From Enhygromyxa salina (GTDB lineage: Bacteria > Myxococcota_A > Polyangia > Nannocystales > Nannocystaceae), in assembly GCF_000737335.2 (NCBI RefSeq), contig NZ_JMCC02000022.1:30242-70241 (forward strand): DNA of 40,000 nt. Direction: 5' to 3'. A program made the translations under genes and the position numbers. The notes beneath the pieces are model-generated. The model made no database searches, had not been told where the DNA came from, and was given only the letters and a program-made list of their open reading frames with translations. The stretch's first letter is position 1; each line of letters opens with the position of its first letter. Positions 27,862 to 35,800 of this stretch are shown here, in pieces.

Positions 27862-30051
27862 ATGCGCTTTGCTGCCCTGACATTCGTGCTCGCGCTGCTG
27901 CCCCTCACGGCCCTCGCGGTCGAGCCGGTCGGCGTGAGCGTCGAGCGAGGCCTGTTCATGGAGGCGGTCGCGTTCCCAGTCGAGCTGAGCTGCGCGACCC
28001 CGGGCGCGACGATCACCTACACGCTCGACGGCAGCGATCCACGCACGTCCGTGACCGCGCAGAGCGGCCCCTCGGGCACCCAGGTCATGATCGATCCCAA
28101 CGCCTCGGCGGCCCCAGGCGTGGTGCTGCGCGCCTACGCGTCCCTCGATCCAGACCCGCCCAGCAAGATCGCAGCGCACACCTACATCTTCTTGCCCGAC
28201 GTGCTCACGCAGCCAGCCGAGCTGCCGGGCTGGCAATCCTACGACTACAACGGCGGCGGCGGCCCTGCTCATCACGACCTCGAGATGGACCCCGCGATCG
28301 TGAATGACGTTGTCTATTCGCAAGAGATGATCCCCGCGTTGACGGCGATCCCCACCATGAGCCTGTCAGCCGAGCAAGGCGCCCTGTGGTCAGCCTATCG
28401 CGGCGACGCCGAGATCATGGTCTCGATCGAGGTGATCTATCCCGAGGGCGACAGCGAAGACACCACCGGCGGGCTCGAGCGCCACAGTCATGACCGCGTG
28501 AAGAACTCGATGCGGCTGTCGTTCAAGTCGCAATACGAGGATCCCAAGTGGAGCACGGATCTGCTGCAGCGCGGGCCGCTCAACGGTGCCAGCGCCGTCG
28601 CCAATTTCGACCGGCTGGTGCTGCGCGGCGGCAACAACCGCAGCTGGGCGCGCAACTGGAACCCCGATCGCACCACCTACACCACCGATCAGTGGATGCG
28701 CGACACCTCGATCGAGCTGTCCGGCGTCGGCTCGCACGGCACCTTCGTCCACCTGTACCTCAACGGGGTCTATTTTGGCCTGTACAACCCCGTCGAGCGC
28801 CTCGATGAGTGGTTCACCAGCGCGTACATGGGCGGGCCCGAGACCGATTGGTTTGCGATCAGCCACGCGGGCCCCAAGGGCGGCGATCCAACCCGCTGGG
28901 ACTATCTGTCGGGGCCGCTCAAAGACACCGACATGGCCCAGCTCGAGAACTATGAGGAGCTGCGCGAATACTTGGATGTCGACATGTTCGCGGACTACCT
29001 GCTCTTGCATTGGTACGCCGGGGTCCGCGATTGGCCCGGCAACAACTGGTGGGGCGGCAACCAGAACGTTCCGCCCGCGCCGTTCATGTTCTTCACCTGG
29101 GACGGCGAGTGGTCATTTGGCGTGGGCATGGGCTCGCCCACGCAGCCGCAGGTTCACCCGGATTTTCTGGCCGGGGTTGGCAAGGGCGCGGGCCCAAGCA
29201 CGGCGCGGATCTTCAACTCGGCCAAGCACAGCCCGGAGTTCATGATCGCGTTCGCGGACCGGGCCTATCGCGCGCTCTACAACGACGGCGCCCTGCGGGA
29301 CGAGCACGCCCGCGCGCGCTGGCAGGCGCTCGCCGACCACCTGCGGACCCCGGTGGTCGCCGAGTCGGCGCGCTGGGGTGACGCGGTGATCGGCGGGCCC
29401 ACGCGCACCCGCGATGAAGATTGGCAAGACGAGGTCGATCTCCAAGACGCGTACATGGACGGCGCCGCCGCTACCATGATCACGGCGCTGCGCAATGAGC
29501 AGTACTACCCCTTGGTCGATCCGCCGCTGTTCTTCGATGGCGCGGCGCTGATCGAGACCACCCAGCTCGAGCTCGAAATGGGGACACCATTCGCGACCCG
29601 CCTCGAGCTCGATGGTGGCGGCGGAACAATCTATTACACCGTTGATGGCACGGATCCACGCGCGCCCGGTGGCGCGCCGCAGGGGATCGACGGCGGCGTC
29701 ACGGTCGACGTCGACCTGGTCTCGCCAGCGCAGCTGCAAGCCCGCACGCTCGACGGAAACGAGTGGAGCGCCCTGCACCTGCTCGACCTTCACGGTGTTT
29801 CCACGGGCGATGGCGACGGCGATCCGGGCGATGGCGACGGCGATCCAGGCGACGGGGACGGCGATCCAGGCGACGGGGACGGCGATGGAAACACCGCTGA
29901 CACCGACACCGAGACCGGTACGTCGGGCGGGGATCCGGGCGTCGCGGCCGGCAGCGAAGGCTGCAACTGCGCCGTCCAAGCCGCTGGACCGCCTCCTCTG
30001 CTGTTCTTGGTTGGATACGGCTTGCTGCGACGGCGTCGACGCGACGCCTGA
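27862..30051 (+). CDS. Secreted CotH-like protein with an acidic GDGDGDP repeat and a MYXO-CTERM-like sorting tail
   Basis: Signal peptide MRFAALTFVLALLPLTALA. The CotH-like core reads SMRLSFKSQY...LVLRGGNNRSW...TFVHLYLNGVYFGLYNPVERLDEWF. The C-terminus SEGCNCAVQAAGPPPLLFLVGYGLLRRRRRDA fits the Cys, hydrophobic helix, Arg-cluster pattern of MYXO-CTERM. Confidence 0.7.
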   Translation: MRFAALTFVLALLPLTALAVEPVGVSVERGLFMEAVAFPVELSCATPGATITYTLDGSDPRTSVTAQSGPSGTQVMIDPNASAAPGVVLRAYASLDPDPPSKIAAHTYIFLPDVLTQPAELPGWQSYDYNGGGGPAHHDLEMDPAIVNDVVYSQEMIPALTAIPTMSLSAEQGALWSAYRGDAEIMVSIEVIYPEGDSEDTTGGLERHSHDRVKNSMRLSFKSQYEDPKWSTDLLQRGPLNGASAVANFDRLVLRGGNNRSWARNWNPDRTTYTTDQWMRDTSIELSGVGSHGTFVHLYLNGVYFGLYNPVERLDEWFTSAYMGGPETDWFAISHAGPKGGDPTRWDYLSGPLKDTDMAQLENYEELREYLDVDMFADYLLLHWYAGVRDWPGNNWWGGNQNVPPAPFMFFTWDGEWSFGVGMGSPTQPQVHPDFLAGVGKGAGPSTARIFNSAKHSPEFMIAFADRAYRALYNDGALRDEHARARWQALADHLRTPVVAESARWGDAVIGGPTRTRDEDWQDEVDLQDAYMDGAAATMITALRNEQYYPLVDPPLFFDGAALIETTQLELEMGTPFATRLELDGGGGTIYYTVDGTDPRAPGGAPQGIDGGVTVDVDLVSPAQLQARTLDGNEWSALHLLDLHGVSTGDGDGDPGDGDGDPGDGDGDPGDGDGDGNTADTDTETGTSGGDPGVAAGSEGCNCAVQAAGPPPLLFLVGYGLLRRRRRDA
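29806..29886 (+). repeat. 21-bp in-frame tandem repeat encoding (GDGDGDP)n
   Basis: The unit ggcgatggcgacggcgatccg occurs three times (29806, 29827, 29848) with synonymous variation, plus a partial fourth copy. Confidence 0.9.
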
Positions 30052-30223
30052 ACGCGCGCCCGATCATGCAGCGTGCATGAAAACTCCGCGCGCCCTGTGT
30101 ACGGTCTCTTGGCTTCGCGACGCTTTCACTACAAGTGCTCGATGTGCGGTGATACGCTGCCGGGGATCCCGCTCGACGTCTCATGACGATGCGTCCTCAC
30201 CCGGGACTCTCAGGAGATACACC

Positions 30224-30739
30224 ATGGAACCATTCATCGGCATGATCGTGCAATTTGGCGGCAACTTCGCACCCCGTGGTTGGGCGCTCTGCAATGGGCA
30301 AATTCTCTCAATCGCCCAACACACTGCGCTGTTTTCGATCCTCGGTACCACGTACGGTGGCGACGGCCGCACCAGCTTCGCGCTGCCCGACCTGCGCGGC
30401 CGGGTCGCCATTCACGAGGGCGCGGGGCCCGGCTTGACCCTACGAAAGCTCGGCGAGACGGGCGGCCACGAGACGGTCACGCTCACCGTCAATCAGATGC
30501 CCGCGCACAACCACCCGGTGCTCGCTGACAAGACCCTCGCAACCACGGGCGACCCGGTGGGCAACGCATTTGGGCATACCGGCGACACGTCGATCTACGA
30601 GGCTGGCCCGCCCAACCAGGTCATGGACGCGGACACGATCGGAAACAGGGGCGGCGGGCAACCGGTGGATGTGATGCCGCCGTTCTTGGCCATCAATTTC
30701 ATCATCGCGCTCGAGGGCATCTTCCCGTCGCGGAACTAG
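30224..30739 (+). CDS. Phage tail collar domain protein (MdpB/microcystin-dependent-protein-like), 171 aa
   Basis: MEPFIGMIVQFGGNFAPRGWALCNGQILSIAQHTALFSILGTTYGGDGRTSFALPDLRGR is the classical tail-collar N-terminus. An AGGAGA RBS sits at 30212-30217. The track ORF start at 29612 is an upstream extension overlapping the CotH-like gene. Confidence 0.85.
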   Translation: MEPFIGMIVQFGGNFAPRGWALCNGQILSIAQHTALFSILGTTYGGDGRTSFALPDLRGRVAIHEGAGPGLTLRKLGETGGHETVTLTVNQMPAHNHPVLADKTLATTGDPVGNAFGHTGDTSIYEAGPPNQVMDADTIGNRGGGQPVDVMPPFLAINFIIALEGIFPSRN

Positions 30740-30903
30740 AGCGCCGATCAGTTTGGAGTCGCGGCGTCAGGTGCGTCTGGGGCCGTTCCTGCCTAGGAGG
30801 GAGGCCGAAGCTGTATCCGGCATACTGCGAGCGCCGACCGACAACGGCAGGGGCGGTCCCAGATGTGCCTGGCGTCGTGAATTCAAACTGATTGGCGCTC
30901 TAG
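30736..30903 (+). repeat. Extended imperfect-palindrome hairpin element A (168 nt, CTAG-bounded); candidate structured RNA or MITE-like repeat
   Basis: The 5' arm ctagagcgccgatcagtttgga...cggcgtcaggtgcgtctggggccgttcctgcc pairs with the 3' arm ggcaggggcggtcccagatgtgcctggcgtcg...ttcaaactgattggcgctctag. All 10 arm differences I aligned are transitions that give G:U pairs on the + strand. The apex is gtatccggcatac at 30813-30825. The first CTAG contains the TAG stop of the tail-collar gene. Confidence 0.6.
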
Positions 30904-31065
30904 CAGCCCGTGGTGCAATGCCTCGCGTCGCCTCGCGCCGGGATTTTCGTCGAGATTGAGGAGCCGAAACGCAGCTGTACCGGGCGTACTGCAAGTTTCG
31001 GCGACGAAGAGCTCGGCGGAAAGACCAAGCGAGGCGGTGCGAGGCATTGCACCACGGGCTGCTAG
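30900..31065 (+). repeat. Extended hairpin element B (166 nt, CTAG-bounded), tandem to A and sharing its apex motif
   Basis: The arms ctagcagcccgtggtgcaatgcctcgc (30900-30926) and gcgaggcattgcaccacgggctgctag (31039-31065) are perfect 27-nt complements. Further pairing continues inward with G:U-compatible changes, and gccgaaac pairs with gtttcggc. The apex gtaccgggcgtac (30977-30989) differs from the A apex by a compensatory pair (T...A to C...G). Confidence 0.6.
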
Positions 31066-31352
31066 CCCCGAATCAAGCGCTGCGCGCTCGACTCGGGCCT
31101 ACTATGTCTTCAAGGGGGCTTTCGAAAGCCCCTCGCTTCGGCGGCGGAGCCCCCTTCGCTCACCCCAAACGCTCGCCTGTCGGCTCGTACTAGCCCATCT
31201 CGTTGGTGGGACGATACCAGGCCGCTGCGGCCGGGCGACCGCCTGAGCTTCCTCCACGACACGCGCGCGGAAATCCGTGGGCGTGCTGGTGCAGCGGGTG
31301 TTCGCTGTCGCCGTGCCATGCTAGGTTCCCGGGCAGTCGACGGGAACCGAGA

Positions 31353-32798
31353 GTGCACAAGCCGCTAGCCACTACATTGATCGGACTCCTCGTGTTTGGG
31401 ATTTGGGCGATCGGGCTCAGCGCCACCTTGCAGGCGGCCGCGCCCAGTGGGTCAATCGATGACTTCATCGACAGCGAAATGCCGGCCTCGGGGGCGCCTG
31501 GGCTGGCATACGCCGTCGTGGTCAATGGCGAGATCGTGGAGGTTGGTGCGCGCGGTGTCCTAGAGCTCGGCGAGAATCAGGAAGTGACCCCCGACACGCC
31601 CTTCCTCACGGGCTCGATCTCCAAGAGCTTCACCGCCCTGGCGGTGATGCAGCTCGTCGAAGCGGGCAAGATCAACCTGGACGCGGAGCTGTCCCGGTAT
31701 CTCGACAGATTCTCGGGCGGACCTTCTGGGTCGATCACCATCCGGCAATTGCTCAGCCACACCAGCGGGTTCTCCACGCTGCAAGGGAACGCCCCCCCCG
31801 CGGAGCGCCCAGAACAGAAAGATGAGCTTGCACGCGTCGTCGACCAGCTCGCCACCCTGGCTCCCGCCTATCCACCCGGCACCACCTGGGAATACTCGAA
31901 CCTCAACTATCAGATTCTCGGTCGCGTGATCGAGGTCGTGAGCAACCAGGACTTTCAAACCTATGTGGTGTCCAACATCTTGGTCCCGGTGGGCATGAAG
32001 AACAGCTTTGTCGCCAACGGCGAGGTTCACGAAGAGATGGCCACGGGTCACCTGCCGTGGTTCGGCACCAAGCGCCCGCTGGCCGAAAATCGGACCCGCC
32101 GCAGCACCGCTCCTCAAGGGGGGGTCGTCGCTAGCGCGAGCGATCTTGCCCGCTACATGCAGGTCATGTTGAACGGCAAGGATGATGTTCTGAGCGCCAG
32201 CGGCAAGGCTGCGATGATGCGGCCGGCGAGCGATGCATCACCGTCGTACGGGTTTGGATGGTTCTTGGATGCACAAAGCGGGAGCGTCTGGCACTCCGGC
32301 GCAAGTCCTGGGACCGAGACCCTCGCCACCATGGTGCCCAACGAGCAGACGGGCGTCGTCGTGCTGGTCAACTCGGGGGGCGGACTGGGCTTTGGCGAGT
32401 CGGCGCAGCTGCGCAACGGCATCACCGCCCGTGCGATCGGCGCAGACTACGACGGGGAGGGCAGCCGCTGGGCGCAAAAGGCAACCTTCGTTGCAATGCT
32501 CGTCTTACCCTTCGCGTACTTGTTCAGCATCCTCTGGGCATGGCGCGAGCGAGCTGCGATCCGAGCCAAGTCGGGCCCGTTTGGCGTCTTCAGCCTGTGG
32601 TTCCCGCTGCTCACGACGCTCGGCGCGGCTGGGTTCATCTTCGTGCTGGTGCCCAAGCTGTTTGGCGTCCCGCTGGGAACGCTGCGCCGATTCCAGCCTG
32701 ACTTCGCGCTGGTCCTGAGCGCGACCGCCGTGACCGGCGTGGTGTGGGCGGTGTTCCGGCTTGGCGTGGCCTACAGCGGCAAGTCACGCCAAGCCTGA
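31353..32798 (+). CDS. Serine beta-lactamase-family hydrolase (PF00144-like, AmpC/DD-peptidase/esterase type) with C-terminal TM helices
   Basis: A signal/anchor (V)HKPLATTLIGLLVFGIWAIGLSATLQA follows GTG 31353. The SxxK motif is SISKSF and the YxN motif is YSNLNY. C-terminal hydrophobic segments are FVAMLVLPFAYLFSILWAW, LWFPLLTTLGAAGFIFVLV and ALVLSATAVTGVVWAVF. The track start 31203 adds an Arg/Pro-rich extension that looks non-native. Confidence 0.75.
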   Translation: MHKPLATTLIGLLVFGIWAIGLSATLQAAAPSGSIDDFIDSEMPASGAPGLAYAVVVNGEIVEVGARGVLELGENQEVTPDTPFLTGSISKSFTALAVMQLVEAGKINLDAELSRYLDRFSGGPSGSITIRQLLSHTSGFSTLQGNAPPAERPEQKDELARVVDQLATLAPAYPPGTTWEYSNLNYQILGRVIEVVSNQDFQTYVVSNILVPVGMKNSFVANGEVHEEMATGHLPWFGTKRPLAENRTRRSTAPQGGVVASASDLARYMQVMLNGKDDVLSASGKAAMMRPASDASPSYGFGWFLDAQSGSVWHSGASPGTETLATMVPNEQTGVVVLVNSGGGLGFGESAQLRNGITARAIGADYDGEGSRWAQKATFVAMLVLPFAYLFSILWAWRERAAIRAKSGPFGVFSLWFPLLTTLGAAGFIFVLVPKLFGVPLGTLRRFQPDFALVLSATAVTGVVWAVFRLGVAYSGKSRQA

Positions 32799-32818
32799 TC
32801 GCGCTTGGACCACCCTGG

Positions 32819-35800
32819 TCACTGCACGATCTTCACCATTGACGACGACCCATGCCCAAACCGCTCGGGCTCGTACATGGCCTCGGCGTGAACCGGCGGC
32901 AGCACGAATGTCCCCAGGTTGGTCGCCCGCGCGGTGTAGCTATATGTGTAGACCCCCGCGCCCAGGTGATCGGCAAACAACAACATTCGGTCATCCCGCA
33001 TTTGCGTGTGATCGAAGCTAAACCACGGGTACCACCAACCCCGGCTCACCTCCGCGTATGGGTACCCCCGGTATCCATAGTCGTAGTCGTAGCCACCGTC
33101 GTAGTTGGCGCCGCCCCCAGACACCCCAACGCTAGTCGAGAAGCGCGGGTTTTGGCCCTCGAACCCACCGGGCAGCGGATCATCAACGACCACGAAGTTG
33201 GCCCGATCCTGCACGGTCAAGGTCAGCGTGACCTTGACGTTGGTCCCCGCCTTCACGCTCCACGAGCCATCGTCGAGCTGCCGGACCGCGTTGGGATCCG
33301 GCTTGTCGGCGCCGCCCTCGGGCAGCGCTTCGTACCGGCGTGAGACCGTGAACCCGCGATCGACCGGATCCATGTGAAAGTCCGCAGGCGCGTAGCGCAG
33401 CCCCAGCCGGTAATACAGCTTGCCCGGCCCCTCTTTGGCCAGCGTGACGCTCTGGACCGACTGGCCAAGCAGCGCCCGCATCGGCAGCTGTTGGTTGACC
33501 TTCGCCATGTCGCGCCCCTCGAATTTGGCCTCGCCCGCGAACATGACGTCGAGCCAGATCCGGGCCACGTAGTCCGGGGTCTCGCTCTCGATCGCGGCGT
33601 AGTAGCGCGACGCGGCCATCAACGCCCACGCGTTGGCGTGCGTGGTGGTCCAGCGCCCGCCGCTGCGAGGGTCGCGGTCCGACATCAAGCCGGCCATGAT
33701 CTTTGGCGCCATGCCTTCGTCGCCGGTCTCCTGGCCCAGCTCGATCAGCGCCATCAAGGCGATCGCGTCGGTCTGCGTGTTCGAGTGCATGAGCGCGGCC
33801 AGACCGTCGCCAGCCGCTTCGGTCTTCGACTCGGCGAAGTGGATCACCCGCGCGTTCTCGATGACGAGATCCTCGAGCTCGGCGAGCACGGCCTCGACCG
33901 GAGCCTTTCGCTTGTAGCGATGCGCGGCGCTCATCAGCAGGATCCGCCCATACAGCGGGATCTGGGACCGCTTGGCCCAGACCTTGTCGAACAGATCCGC
34001 GCCCCGGTCTTCGCGTGACAGCAGCCACAGCGCAAACGCCCGCGTGGTCCAATCGTAGTAGGTGCCCCACCGCGTGGTCACGCCATTGCGCACGTAGCTG
34101 TCTAGATACGCCATCGCGCGACCGAGCTTGGCCTCGTCGACCTCGTAGCCGGCCTGCTTGCCCTCGAGCAGCGCGAGCGTGACCCAGGTCGAGACATAGG
34201 GCCAGCTCTCGCGGCGCTTGTCGTCGCCCCAATAGGTGAAGCCGCCGTCCCAGTTTTGCCGCTGAAACAGGCGCTCGATCCCGTCGCGCGCCAGCGCGTC
34301 ACGCCGGGCCCGATCATGGACATCGGCGATCGGGAAGTCGTTCAGCACGTCGCCAAGCGCGAAGATCGGCAGCAGCCGGCTCGCGGTCTGCTCCGAGCAC
34401 TCGTAGGGGTAGCTGACCAAGAAGTCGACAGCGTCCTCGAGCCCGTTGAGCGCGGTCGAAGACATCGAGACATCGAGCCCGCCAAACCCAGGCAGCGCGT
34501 CCTTGGGCAGCTGCACTTGGCGCTGCACGGACGCCGAGGTCATGCCGTAGTCGGCGAACGCCTGCTTGGTCGCGGGCACCAACACCGGAATGTCGAGCTG
34601 GGTCGCGTCGCGGCCCTCGTTTGACAGCGCGGCGAACTGCAATCGCATGATCCCCACGCCGTCAACGGCCATCGGAAACCGGACCTCCCGGGACTCGCCT
34701 GGCGGGATCTCGAGGGTGTCCTGCACGCTGCCGAGCATGGTCACGTTGACCCCACGGGTCCCAACCATGATCGCCTGGGTCGTCTCGCTCTGGTTGTCGA
34801 CCATGACCGAGGCCTCGAACTGATCGCCCATGTTCAAGAACCGGGGTAGCGAGGGCCGCAGCATGATCGTCTTGCGGACCCGGACCGAGGCCTCGCCGCT
34901 GCCAAAGCGATCGGGCCGGTCGGGATCAATGGCCACGGCCATGATCCGAAAGCTGGTCAGGTTCTCGGGCATCTCGATCGTCGCGCTGGCCCGCCCCTGC
35001 GCGTCGGTCTTCAGCTCCGACTCGAAGTAGGCCGTGGTCGCAAACAAGGTGCGCAGCGACACCTCTTGGGCCATCGCCACGTTGGCGTCGAGCGTGGTCG
35101 TGGCAGTGCTCGCACGCGCGGGAGAGGGCGCGGGCGGTGGCATGGCCCCCGGCGCGGACTTGCGCTTTGACTCCTTTTCGGCTTCAGCGGGCATGTTGCC
35201 GCGGCCGCCAAACCCTGCCCCAGAGCCCCTGCCGTAGCCCGACCCAGACCCGCCGCCGCCGCCGCCCTTGCCGATCAGCCCCGTGGTGCCAAGACCGATC
35301 GTCCCCTCACCCGTCCCGCCGCCGCCGCGCCCGGTCCCGACCAAGCCCAGGCCGCCCACGCCGTAGGCCTCGCCGACCTCCCCACCCATGAGGCCGCCCG
35401 TGTCCGCCGAGGGCACGTCCGGGGTGGGCCCGACCGAGGGCTTGGGTTGCTGCTGGGCGTCGCGCGGCAACACCAGGCTGTGATCCGCGAACAGCCCAAC
35501 CTCGCCGGGCCGCTGGTAGTGAAAGAACGAGAGCGGATCCGGGGTCTGGTAGCCCATCAGGCTGAGCACGCCCTCGTCGACCACGAACAGCGCGACCGCA
35601 GCGGGGATCGACTCGCCGTCGACCGCGTGGGTGTGCAGGTCGACCCGCAGCTTGGTCCCAGGCTCGACGCGATCGAACTCGGGCTCGACCTCGACGACCA
35701 CGGTCTTGCTGTCCTTCGACACCATCAGCTGGACCTGGCCGCTGGCCGCCGCGGGGGCGCCCAGATCCTGATCTTCGGGGGCCCCCGCCACGCGGGTGCG

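Noticed and set aside
26815-28323. 502-aa ORF on the minus strand spanning two plus-strand genes
   Set aside because: It crosses the intergenic gap between the HEAT-repeat and CotH-like genes, and it is Arg/Gly-rich with no recognisable domain. It is a shadow ORF.
30064-30078. Short hairpin catgca-gcg-tgcatg after the CotH-like gene, considered as a terminator
   Set aside because: The stem is only 6 bp and is followed by AAAA rather than a T-run on the relevant strand. This does not support an intrinsic terminator.
30736-31065. The hairpin pair considered as integron attC sites or as a retron msr/msd
   Set aside because: No GTTRRRY/RYYYAAC core sites occur at the ends, and no integron integrase is present. 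There is no reverse transcriptase gene in the window, and the inverted repeats span the whole element rather than flanking an msr/msd pair.
30753-31246. Small ORFs of 68, 75 and 96 aa in the gap between the tail-collar and beta-lactamase-family genes
   Set aside because: They overlap the hairpin elements on both strands and are Arg/Ala/Pro-rich with no RBS. The near-palindromic DNA generates mirror ORFs automatically.
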